Below, piece after piece: positions 8,372 through 17,060 of a stretch of 64,000 nt of DNA. Within the stretch, counting starts at the first letter, position 1; each line of letters begins with the position of its first letter. The notes beneath the pieces were generated by a model. That model did not search any database. It worked only from the letters and a program-made list of their open reading frames with translations, and was not told the origin of the DNA. The DNA lies in assembly GCA_022769565.1 (NCBI GenBank), contig JALEJQ010000008.1, forward strand, positions 15,833-79,832, given 5' to 3'. The position numbers were made by a program, and so were the translations under genes. The stretch is from Oscillospiraceae bacterium. Lineage in GTDB: Bacteria > Bacillota > Clostridia > Oscillospirales > Ruminococcaceae.

Positions 8372-8938
8372 ATGAAAGTTATACTTGCGTCCGCTTCTCC
8401 AAGACGGCAGGAGCTTCTCCGCAGCGTTTTTGACGAATTTGAATGTATGCCTGCGGATATTGAAGAAAACGTCCCCGACAGCGTTCCTGCAGAAGATACT
8501 GCGGAATTTCTTGCGGTAAAAAAGGCTGCGCACATTGCAGAAAGCCACAAGGACGCCCTTGTTATAGGCTGCGACACCATTGTTGTTTTCAGCGGAAGCG
8601 TATTCGGCAAGCCTGCCGATAAAGCCGAGGCAAAGCAGATGCTCACCGCTCTTTCCGGCAATACTCACAAGGTCATAACCGGCGTTTGTATGTTCCTCCA
8701 CGGCAGGAGCATGAGCTTTTCCGAGGAAACGGAAGTGGAGTTTTACCACCTTTCCGAAGAAGAAATAGACAGCTACATTGCCACAGGCTCGCCTATGGAC
8801 AAGGCAGGCTCATACGGAATACAGGACAAGGGCTTTCTTCCTGCAAAAAGTATAACGGGCGACTATTTCAACGTTGTTGGTCTGCCTGCTGCAAGGCTTA
8901 AAAGAGAAGCGGAAAGGTTTATAAAGCTGCTTAAATAA
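8372..8938 (+). CDS. maf: Maf-like nucleoside triphosphate pyrophosphatase
   Basis: The N-terminus MKVILASASPRRQELL and the C-terminal GAYGIQ-like block SYGIQDKG are Maf signatures. Confidence 0.9.
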   Translation: MKVILASASPRRQELLRSVFDEFECMPADIEENVPDSVPAEDTAEFLAVKKAAHIAESHKDALVIGCDTIVVFSGSVFGKPADKAEAKQMLTALSGNTHKVITGVCMFLHGRSMSFSEETEVEFYHLSEEEIDSYIATGSPMDKAGSYGIQDKGFLPAKSITGDYFNVVGLPAARLKREAERFIKLLK

Positions 8939-9677
8939 GAGTGCGGTAAAGGTAGCTTCTGCCGCTTTTTCCGATACGTTCAACGGCACCCGTTTCAGAA
9001 AGCACATTAAGGACAAGCTGTGCCGTTCCAACAGGTATACCTGCTTTTGACGCAAAGTCCTTTGATGTGTACTCCTCGGGCAGACCTTCGGGGATAAAGT
9101 ACCCCCAGCCGCAGACGCCCTCAATATGTATCTCGTCCTGCAGGGCAACGGGGATGCGGTCGTACCTTGTCCAGCCCTTTCGCCTGCCCCGTTTCAGACC
9201 TGTTTCTTCCGGCGGACGGCGGTATTCCTCAATATCAAGCATAACAATGCAGAAGCTGAGATTTTCGTTCTTTAAATAGGGTTTGATTTTGTAAAGCTCG
9301 GGGAAAATATCGTATGGCGAACCCTTTTTCGGGGACTTGCGCTTTTTGCCCGATGCACCCGTAACGGGGTCAACGGGGATTATCCACTTGTTATAGGGAA
9401 TAGGATAGACCACGGTAACACGGCACACCTGCAAAAAACTCTCCAGCTTTTTCCTCAGCTTGTCAAAGCCTGCGGTCTGTATCTCGATAATGCCGTTCTC
9501 CCCTGCAATATCCGCAACAAATCCGCCTATTTTCATTTCGTGGCTGTCGGTGTAAGGCTCAAAGTAGTTTTTCAGCACCGAATGGACGGTCTTTTCGCCG
9601 TAGGTGCCTATTCCTGCTCGTATATGCTCCCCGTCAAGTACCTTGCAAAGAGCGTTGTAATATTTTTCTCTGTCCAT
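8931..9677 (-). CDS. hypothetical protein: PD-(D/E)xK-like nuclease core plus C-terminal winged-helix
   Basis: ATG at 9677 (MDREKYY). GGFVADIAGENGIIEIQT resembles a D...E-x-Q/K nuclease motif. The C-terminal KDFASKAGIPVGTAQLVLNVLSETGAVERIGK resembles a wHTH. Confidence 0.5.
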   Translation of the reverse strand: MDREKYYNALCKVLDGEHIRAGIGTYGEKTVHSVLKNYFEPYTDSHEMKIGGFVADIAGENGIIEIQTAGFDKLRKKLESFLQVCRVTVVYPIPYNKWIIPVDPVTGASGKKRKSPKKGSPYDIFPELYKIKPYLKNENLSFCIVMLDIEEYRRPPEETGLKRGRRKGWTRYDRIPVALQDEIHIEGVCGWGYFIPEGLPEEYTSKDFASKAGIPVGTAQLVLNVLSETGAVERIGKSGRSYLYRTLI

Positions 9678-9762
9678 ATTTAGCTCCAAATCGTTTTTCC
9701 CTAAGGGAACCACTAATATTTTACCATAAAAAGAAACTATATTCAACAAGGAAGGATAAAAA

Positions 9763-10230
9763 ATGACTAAAACAGTAAAGGATTCCTGTGCAGAACAGGT
9801 GCAGATACTTACGCAGGCTAATATAAACGGCTATAACCGTCTTTTCGGCGGTCAGCTTATGGAATGGATAGATGTTGTGGCGGCAGTTGTGGCAAGGCGC
9901 CATTCGGGGCGGAACGTTACCACTGCAGTTGTGGACACGCTGACCTTTCAGGCTCCTGCTTACCCCAATGACACGCTTCTCATCTGCGGCAAGATGACCT
10001 ATGTGGGCAGGACTTCGATGGAGGTCTGCGTAAAGACCTACGTTGAGCATCTGGATTCTTCAAGAACGCTTATCAACACCGCTTACGTTATTATGGTAGC
10101 CATTGACGAAAACGAACACCCTACGGAAGTACCCAGGCTGCTGCTTGAAACGGACGAAGAACGTGCGGAATGGGAGGCTGCGGAAAAAAGAGCGGCACTT
10201 CGTAAGCAGCGCAGAAAAGAAAATTTTTAA
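9763..10230 (+). CDS. acyl-CoA thioesterase (hotdog fold, YciA/BFIT-like)
   Basis: NGYNRLFGGQLMEWIDVVAAVVARRH...VTTAVVDTLTFQAP is the classic acyl-CoA hydrolase hotdog pattern. Confidence 0.8.
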   Translation: MTKTVKDSCAEQVQILTQANINGYNRLFGGQLMEWIDVVAAVVARRHSGRNVTTAVVDTLTFQAPAYPNDTLLICGKMTYVGRTSMEVCVKTYVEHLDSSRTLINTAYVIMVAIDENEHPTEVPRLLLETDEERAEWEAAEKRAALRKQRRKENF

Positions 10231-10329
10231 AAAATCAGTTATTGTTTTTCACAAATCTATGCTTTACAATAAAACTTAAAAGAAGTATACTTATTCTTCA
10301 AAAGTGAAACATTGAAAGGATAATTTCAA

Positions 10330-11691
10330 ATGAAAAACAAGGATCTGACGGTGGGCGACCCTAAATCGGTGCTGATATATTTCACCATTCCACTTTTCGT
10401 AAGCGTGGTGTTCCAGCAGCTTTACAGCATCACCGACAGCGTTATCGCAGGCAAGTTCGCAGGAGAAAGCGCACTTGCGGCAGTTGGTGCAAGCTACCCT
10501 ATCACAATGATCTTTATGGCGGTGGCAATAGGCTGTCAGGTAGGCTGTTCTGTGGTAATAAGCCGCCGCTTCGGTTCGGGAAATATGAAGGAAACCAAGT
10601 CCTGCATAACCACATCACTTATTGCAGGACTTATCCTGTCCGCCCTTCTGACGGTCATAGGCGTTCTGTTCAGCTCTCAGCTTATGGAGCTTGTCAATAC
10701 CCCCGAGGACATTTTTGAGGACGGCGACCTTTACCTTAAAATTTACACGGGCGGATTTATTTTTCTGTCCCTCTACAACATTATAACGGGCATTTTCAAC
10801 AGCCTTGGGGACAGCAAAACCCCACTTCTGTTCCTTATCGGCTCGTCCTTGGGGAACATTGCGCTTGACGCAGTTTTTGTAATATGCTTCAAGTGGGGCG
10901 TTGCAGGCGCGGCGTGGGCGACATTTATCGCACAGGGAGTTTCCTGCATACTATTGGCAGTGGTCATTTTCAAAAGAATGAAAACCATGCAGCCCGAGGA
11001 AAAAGCCGATTTTTTCAGCGTTAAGGCACTTAAAGAAATAACTGTGGTCGCAATACCAAGCATTTTGCAGCAGAGCTTCGTTTCCATAGGCAATATGTTC
11101 GTGCAGTACATAGTGAACGGCTTTGGTTCTTCGGTAATTGCAGGCTATTCGGCAGCAATAAAGCTGAACACCTTTGCCATAACAGGCTTAAACACCTTCG
11201 GCAACGGCATTTCCGGCTTTACTGCGCAAAATCTCGGCGCAGGAAAAACGGAGCGTGTAAAGACCGCTTTCAAGGCAGGACTTACCGTTGTCCTTTGCAC
11301 GGCAGGCGTGTTCTTTATTGCATATTTTGCCTTTGGCAGACAGCTTTTGTCCCTTTTTATGAACGAAAACAGCACCGAGCTTGCAATGGAAACGGGACTG
11401 AATTTCCTGCGGATAGTTTCGCCGTTTTACCTTGTGGTCAGCGTAAAGCTCGTATGTGACGGAGTGCTAAGGGGCAGCGAAAGTATGCGGTATTTTCTGG
11501 CAACGACCTTTACCGACCTTATTTTAAGGGTCATATTGGCATTTGCATTTTCGGGAATATGGGGCACCACGGGCATATGGACAGGCTGGCCTATAAGCTG
11601 GTTTATGGGAACGCTCCTGTCGGTGATATTCTATGCAAGGGGCGTTTGGATAAAGAAAGCGGCATCACGGGAAAAGTCACATACAAGCTAA
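10330..11691 (+). CDS. MATE-family efflux transporter
   Basis: 453 aa with 12 predicted TM segments. N-terminal PLFVSVVFQQLYSITDSVIAGKF is a MatE signature. Confidence 0.85.
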   Translation: MKNKDLTVGDPKSVLIYFTIPLFVSVVFQQLYSITDSVIAGKFAGESALAAVGASYPITMIFMAVAIGCQVGCSVVISRRFGSGNMKETKSCITTSLIAGLILSALLTVIGVLFSSQLMELVNTPEDIFEDGDLYLKIYTGGFIFLSLYNIITGIFNSLGDSKTPLLFLIGSSLGNIALDAVFVICFKWGVAGAAWATFIAQGVSCILLAVVIFKRMKTMQPEEKADFFSVKALKEITVVAIPSILQQSFVSIGNMFVQYIVNGFGSSVIAGYSAAIKLNTFAITGLNTFGNGISGFTAQNLGAGKTERVKTAFKAGLTVVLCTAGVFFIAYFAFGRQLLSLFMNENSTELAMETGLNFLRIVSPFYLVVSVKLVCDGVLRGSESMRYFLATTFTDLILRVILAFAFSGIWGTTGIWTGWPISWFMGTLLSVIFYARGVWIKKAASREKSHTS

Positions 11692-11707
11692 CGGCTCAAA
11701 CATAAAA

Positions 11708-11758
11708 GCGATAACGGGATCCAAAAAGAGAATGGTCTCTTCAGGATCCCGTTATCGC
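11708..11758. terminator. bidirectional stem-loop between convergent genes
   Basis: Perfect 15-bp stem GCGATAACGGGATCC...GGATCCCGTTATCGC. Confidence 0.6.
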
Positions 11759-11787
11759 TTCGCTGTGGGTCTGCCGATTTGTGTTTT

Positions 11788-13233
11788 TTACTTCTCTACA
11801 GGTCCGCAGAGTATGCGTATCTTCGGCAGCTTATTTACGGTATAGTAGTAGTTTACATCCCAATCGCTGCCCTGTGTGCTGTCGTTTTCTCCGCTTGCGG
11901 GAGGTGCAAACAGCTTAAGCGTCATATCCGCAGCGCCGTCAAGAGGCTTTTCAAAGAACGCGCCCATAAGGTCAACAGTCTTTGTACCGGGTGCCTTATA
12001 GAACCACTTTCCGTTTATTTCCATCATATAGTTTCCATCGTCATCTTCATCGAAAACGGCTTCACAGAAATGAGGGTCGCTGTCAAAATGGAGAGGTATC
12101 GCAATACCCTCAGCGTCCTCGGAGCCGCCCCAGCGGAGCTTTACGGGGAGAGAAAGCTCTTCCGTCTGCTTCATTTCGGGGGAGAACCATTCGCTGTGGA
12201 TTATCTCCTTATATGTTTTAAGAAGAGGCTGTTCGATACCCACTTCGGGGTTGTTGGGGTCTTCTATTTCAAGTCCCAGACGTCCTCTGTCTCTGAACTG
12301 GTACATTGTAAAGCCGCTGAACCACTCTGCTTTCTCGTCAACAAGTATCCTGCAGAAGTCCTTTACCATCTGCGCCTGATCGTAAGGTCCCGTAACGTCG
12401 CCGTCGGCGTTGAATTCAGCCATTGTCATAGGCTTGCCCTTGCCGCCGTTAAGGAACTTGTAACGCTCATAGCTGAGCTTTGTGAGCTTGTAGGTGTCCT
12501 CCACCTTGCTTCTGGAATGTGATGTTCCGCCCGGCTCGGCAACGTCAAAGGGCCAGCCCCAGTGGAGAGCCATATACTTGTCAACAGACCATACATCTGC
12601 CGCAGGTACGCACTGTGCAAACTCCTTTTCCATTTCCATTTCTTCGCCCTTTTCGGGGTGTTCGATACCGCCGATGCACATTACTGTCTTAACGTTGGGC
12701 GCATATTCGTGGATAATATCGGAGAAGTGAACGAAGAAGTCAGCGACCTGCTGATAGGTTGCTCTTTTTGTGAAGGAGAACCAGTTGCCTGTTGCTTCGT
12801 GGTTTATTCTGAGGAACATTCTGCCGAAAGGACGGAGATCCTTTGCAATGGCGATAAGCTGTTCATCGGAAACGTTGGGGTCAACGGTAAGAGTAAGGTT
12901 AACGTCCTGACCGTGGCGGCGCACATCTCTCATGCAGGTGAAGGGTTCGCCCTCGGTATTGCCTTCAAGACCGCCCTTATAGGTGAAGTAGTCATCGTAG
13001 GGGTAATCCCACTGGAAGGAAATGTCTGCATCCTTCATTACCTCGGAGATCCTGCCGGGGAATTCCTTGTCCAGAGGGTAGTAGCAGTACATAAGGGAAA
13101 CCGCACGGTGGGGTCTGCCCAGCTTGTTGATGATATAGTCCTGATTAACATATTCTCCTCTTTCGGAGCCGTCGCCGATGTCAACGGCGCACTTTGCAGC
13201 GCCCATATGAACGCCGTAAGCCTTATCTGCCAT
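11788..13233 (-). CDS. putative intracellular glycoside hydrolase, clan GH-A (GH26-like motif)
   Basis: 481 aa with no signal peptide. RINHEATGNWFSF resembles the GH26 acid/base block (HExNGxWFWW). MAEFN is a candidate nucleophile. Confidence 0.5.
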   Translation of the reverse strand: MADKAYGVHMGAAKCAVDIGDGSERGEYVNQDYIINKLGRPHRAVSLMYCYYPLDKEFPGRISEVMKDADISFQWDYPYDDYFTYKGGLEGNTEGEPFTCMRDVRRHGQDVNLTLTVDPNVSDEQLIAIAKDLRPFGRMFLRINHEATGNWFSFTKRATYQQVADFFVHFSDIIHEYAPNVKTVMCIGGIEHPEKGEEMEMEKEFAQCVPAADVWSVDKYMALHWGWPFDVAEPGGTSHSRSKVEDTYKLTKLSYERYKFLNGGKGKPMTMAEFNADGDVTGPYDQAQMVKDFCRILVDEKAEWFSGFTMYQFRDRGRLGLEIEDPNNPEVGIEQPLLKTYKEIIHSEWFSPEMKQTEELSLPVKLRWGGSEDAEGIAIPLHFDSDPHFCEAVFDEDDDGNYMMEINGKWFYKAPGTKTVDLMGAFFEKPLDGAADMTLKLFAPPASGENDSTQGSDWDVNYYYTVNKLPKIRILCGPVEK

Positions 13234-13389
13234 AGAAAATTCCGCCTTTCAAGTTATTTAGTATAGCACCATAAATTGTAAGTAATCGTTTCCACACCTT
13301 ATTAATATAAATTTATCATAAAAAAGCGCCGCTGTCAATTACTTTTTTGTTAACAACGCAGAAAAATAAGGGAATATATCAGGCAAATA

Positions 13390-13438
13390 CAAACAAAGCT
13401 GACATAACGTGCAAAAAACGTTATATCAGCTTTGTTTG
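13390..13438 (-). terminator. long stem-loop downstream of the GH13 gene
   Basis: Approximately 20-bp inverted repeat with one mismatch: CAAACAAAGCTGACATAACGT...ACGTTATATCAGCTTTGTTTG. Confidence 0.55.
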
Positions 13439-13447
13439 TAAGCGATT

Positions 13448-14983
13448 TTATTCAACAAATACAGCGGTGCAGCCGTCTGCGTAAAGAGTTCCGTCCTTTA
13501 TTTCCGCATTTCCGCCCGTTGTGTAGATGATTTTGCCGCCGATGCCGTTAACAACAGCTTTTTCTGCAGAGGGATTGATAACAGCGGTGACGGTCTGCTC
13601 CCCTGCCGTTCTCTTATAAACAAGCGGATAGCCGTCTGAAACAAACTCTATCCTTCCCTTGCTCTGCAAAGCAGGCTTGCTCATTCTTAACGCAATGAGC
13701 CGCTTTATCTCGCTTCTGAGGGAGCTTTCGTCCGCAGACTGGCTTTCTGCGTCGGGACGGTCGGGACTTTCGTCCTGCTTGATATACAGCTTGTCCTTGG
13801 GAGCGGTGGAGAAGCCTGCGTTAACGCTCTTATCCCACTGCATAGGGGAACGTGAGCCTGTTCTTCCGTAGCCGCCCTCAACGGAGGCAAGACCTTCAAC
13901 ATAGCGCATACCTATTTCATCGCCGTAGTAGATAAAAGGTGCGCCGGGCATCGAAAGAAGGAACGCAAAAGCCACCTTCATTTCGTCCGTGTCAAGGCAC
14001 ACGGAAAGTCTGCCCATATCGTGGTTGCCCGAGGGTATGCAGATAAGACCCTTGCCGTCTGTCTTGGCGTAATTTGCCTTATACGCCGCAATAAATTCCT
14101 TTGCGCTTCCCTTGCCCCGTTTGGAGAAATAAGGCTCGTCACAGCGGAACAGGTCGTTGTAGTGCGAAGGTCCGAAGTGGAGAAGAAAATCCATATGGAA
14201 GCCGCCGATAAGGGATTTGTCCGGCTCGCCCCACTCGGAGACCATTGCCGCATTCGGAAACTCGGCATCAAGGAATTTTCTTACGTCCTGCCAAAGAGCA
14301 ATGGTTCCCTTGCTGTCCTCGTCATGCTTAACAAGGGAGCCTGCCATATCCACACGGAAGCCGTCGCAGCCCATACCAAGCCAGAAGCGCATAACGTCCT
14401 TCATTGCCTCACGGGTTGCCATAGGTCCGGGTGCGTCCATAGGCTGCTGCCATTTCTTGTCGGGATCGGGCTTGTAGAAGCCGTAGTTCAGCGCAGGCTG
14501 GTGGGAGAAGAAGTTAACTGCGCAGGAGCCGTCACGTTCGGAAATGCCCCTTATGCAGCCCATGCCTTGAGGTTCCTCCCAGATGCTGTCCGTCCAGACG
14601 TAGCGGTCGGTAAATTCGTTCCGCTCCGATTTCATGGACTGTCTGAACCATTCGTGGTTCACAGATGTATGTCCCGGAACAAGGTCAAGGATAACGTGCA
14701 TATCACGCTTGTGAGCTTTCTTGAAAAGGTTGGCAAGATCCTCGTTAGTGCCGTATCTCGGTGCAACGGTATAATAATCCTCAACATCGTAGCCTGCGTC
14801 ACCGAAGGGCGACTTAAAGCAGGGGTTTATCCATATTGCATTGCAGCCAAGCTCTTTTATATAGTCCAGCTTTTCGGTTATGCCGTTGATGTCGCCTATA
14901 CCGTCGGCGTTGGTGTCATTGAAGGACTGGGGATAGATCTCGTAAAAAACGGCGTTGTCAAGCCATGATACACAGTTGCTCAT
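13448..14983 (-). CDS. GH13 alpha-glucosidase/oligo-1,6-glucosidase-like enzyme
   Basis: N-terminal WLDNAVFYEIYPQSFNDTNADGIGDINGI. GH13 regions DLVPGH, GFRVDMAG, SEWGE and GNHDM are present. ATG at 14983. Confidence 0.85.
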   Translation of the reverse strand: MSNCVSWLDNAVFYEIYPQSFNDTNADGIGDINGITEKLDYIKELGCNAIWINPCFKSPFGDAGYDVEDYYTVAPRYGTNEDLANLFKKAHKRDMHVILDLVPGHTSVNHEWFRQSMKSERNEFTDRYVWTDSIWEEPQGMGCIRGISERDGSCAVNFFSHQPALNYGFYKPDPDKKWQQPMDAPGPMATREAMKDVMRFWLGMGCDGFRVDMAGSLVKHDEDSKGTIALWQDVRKFLDAEFPNAAMVSEWGEPDKSLIGGFHMDFLLHFGPSHYNDLFRCDEPYFSKRGKGSAKEFIAAYKANYAKTDGKGLICIPSGNHDMGRLSVCLDTDEMKVAFAFLLSMPGAPFIYYGDEIGMRYVEGLASVEGGYGRTGSRSPMQWDKSVNAGFSTAPKDKLYIKQDESPDRPDAESQSADESSLRSEIKRLIALRMSKPALQSKGRIEFVSDGYPLVYKRTAGEQTVTAVINPSAEKAVVNGIGGKIIYTTGGNAEIKDGTLYADGCTAVFVE

Positions 14984-15120
14984 ATGTAAAAATTCCTTTC
15001 CGATTTTTCTTAAAAAGCCTTGTGATAAGTTCTTCTGTATGATATAATACTGCATAAGAAGGTGGAAATCCACCAAAATAATATGATATTATGATACTAT
15101 AATACTTTTTTGAGGTAAAT

Positions 15121-15996
15121 ATGAGCAATAAAAGCATTTCCGAAGAAAAAAGGCGGCACAGCTCCCGTCTTGTGCCTTACAGCTACTACAAATGCTGTAT
15201 ACCCGACTTTTTTACGGGCGTTCCAATGCACTGGCACGGCGAATTTGAAATAAACTATATTCTGCAGGGACAGGCAGAGTTTATCTGCGGCGACGACAGG
15301 TTTATTTCCGAGCAGGGCGACATAATCGTTATTCCGCCGAATATGCTCCATTCCATAAGTCCCCACGGCAGCAGCAGTCAGCTTTACGATACAATAGTTT
15401 TCAGCGCCGATATGCTTGGGGTAAACGATAACGACCGCTGCGCCGCAGAATGTGTGCGCCCTCTTGTTATCGGCTCCGCAGGCGTTAACGTAAGGATAAC
15501 AAAGAGCCACAGCTATTACGGCGAACTGAAAACCACGGCGGAGAATATTTTTTCCTGTGCAAAGGGCAATACACCACAGCTTGATATGCTGCTAAAAAGC
15601 GAGCTTCTGCGGCTTTTCTGGCTCCTTGAAAACAGCGGTGACATTTACCGTGCTGAGAAGAACGAAAACAGCAAAAGCGAGCTGATACGTCCTGCGGTGG
15701 AATATATAAACGTGAATTTCCGTGAAAATATAACCGTGGAGCAGCTTGCGGAAACGGTGCATCTGAGCAAAAGCTACTTTATGAACCGCTTTAAGGCGGC
15801 GGCAGGAGTAGGTGCGGCGGAATATATTGATCAAGTGCGGATAAAAAACGCCTGCGCCGTTCTTACGAACACGGATATGACCTCTGCACAGACCGCCTTT
15901 GAATGTGGTTTCAGAAATCTGTCCAATTTCAACAGGCAGTTCAAGAAAATAGTCGGCTGTACCCCAAGTGAATACAGGAGAATGAACAGAAAATAA
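15121..15996 (+). CDS. AraC-family transcriptional regulator (cupin + HTH)
   Basis: The C-terminal block LAETVHLSKSYFMNRFK...FRNLSNFNRQFKKIVGCTPSEYRR is the AraC HTH signature. Divergent from the GH13 gene. Confidence 0.85.
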   Translation: MSNKSISEEKRRHSSRLVPYSYYKCCIPDFFTGVPMHWHGEFEINYILQGQAEFICGDDRFISEQGDIIVIPPNMLHSISPHGSSSQLYDTIVFSADMLGVNDNDRCAAECVRPLVIGSAGVNVRITKSHSYYGELKTTAENIFSCAKGNTPQLDMLLKSELLRLFWLLENSGDIYRAEKNENSKSELIRPAVEYINVNFRENITVEQLAETVHLSKSYFMNRFKAAAGVGAAEYIDQVRIKNACAVLTNTDMTSAQTAFECGFRNLSNFNRQFKKIVGCTPSEYRRMNRK

Positions 15997-16053
15997 AAAA
16001 ACAGTCTGTGCTTGAAGAGCCAAGCGCAGACTGTTTTGCGTTACGGGATAAAA

Positions 16054-16527
16054 TTATTCTTCGATGTAGACCTTTTTCATTATCTGAGCCGTTTCGGGCT
16101 TGTCACGGAAATCTGTGGGAACGGAAGCGATCTCGTCAACCACCTCGATGCCCTCGACTACCTTGCCGAAAGCAGCATATTCACCGTCAAGGTGTGGAGC
16201 GTCGGCGTGCATGATAAAGAACTGGGAGCTTGCGCTGTCCTTCATCATGGAACGTGCCATGGAGATAACGCCTCTTGTGTGCTTGAGGTCGTTCTTTACG
16301 CCGTTGGAAGCAAATTCGCCCTTGATCTTTTCCTTGGAACCGCCCATGCCTGTGCCCTCGGGGTCGCCGCCCTGTATCATAAAGCCGGGGATAACTCTGT
16401 GGAAGGTCAGACCGTCATAAAAGCCCTCTTTTACCAGCTTTTCAAAGTTTGCAACGGTAATGGGAGCAGTTTCGGGATAAAGCTCGATCTTCATTTTTTT
16501 GCCGTTTTCCATTTCAATAACTACCAT
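16054..16527 (-). CDS. ppiB: cyclophilin-type peptidyl-prolyl isomerase
   Basis: ELYPETAPITVANFEKLV...FHRVIPGFMIQGGDP...SMARS...SQFFI. ATG at 16527 follows GGAGG. Confidence 0.9.
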   Translation of the reverse strand: MVVIEMENGKKMKIELYPETAPITVANFEKLVKEGFYDGLTFHRVIPGFMIQGGDPEGTGMGGSKEKIKGEFASNGVKNDLKHTRGVISMARSMMKDSASSQFFIMHADAPHLDGEYAAFGKVVEGIEVVDEIASVPTDFRDKPETAQIMKKVYIEE

Positions 16528-16600
16528 AGTATTAAACCTCCGAAAAAATAATAGCTTAGTAATTATACCACGGATAGTTATTATTTGCAAGGGCTGTGTA

Positions 16601-17035
16601 TTAAGATTTTTCGATAAGGTTTCGGAATTCTATCTCCCATTTTAATATGTCGTTGAAATAAAAATTGAATTCCTCTCCGTTCCTTTTGCATATGATAATG
16701 GTCTTGCTTATTCCCTGACGCCCTTCTTTGATACAGGAAATATCTTCAACGGCAATTTCAAAATCATAAGAGCCTTTTGTCAGATTCACAAGCACACCCA
16801 TGACCGCCATTTTTGCCAGACTATGCTTTGAATAAATAAATCTTTTGTTGGTAAGAAGCCCGTGACCGTTTTCGACGAACAGCTTGCTCTTTATTCTGTT
16901 GCATACGCCTTCTTTAAGCACTACCTCTTTATTTTCTTCCTGCGGCAGCTGGACAGACGAGCCTACTTTATTTCCGCAGCCACTGCAAAACACGGCAGTT
17001 TCCTCCAACTGTTTTCCACATTTTGAACAAAACAT
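16601..17035 (-). CDS. zinc-ribbon protein with bacterial PH/GRAM-like domain
   Basis: N-terminal CSKCG...CSGCG zinc ribbon. The remainder (LLTNKRFIY...) resembles bPH domains. Confidence 0.6.
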   Translation of the reverse strand: MFCSKCGKQLEETAVFCSGCGNKVGSSVQLPQEENKEVVLKEGVCNRIKSKLFVENGHGLLTNKRFIYSKHSLAKMAVMGVLVNLTKGSYDFEIAVEDISCIKEGRQGISKTIIICKRNGEEFNFYFNDILKWEIEFRNLIEKS

Positions 17036-17060
17036 AAAATCTCAACTCCATTTCTCAAAA

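Noticed and set aside
11779-13266. Plus-strand ORFs of 247 and 234 aa
   Set aside because: They are antisense to the 481-aa GH-like gene. The first would start inside a terminator stem. The composition is not protein-like.
14021-14968. 315-aa plus-strand ORF
   Set aside because: It is antisense to the GH13 gene, whose four conserved GH13 regions are intact.
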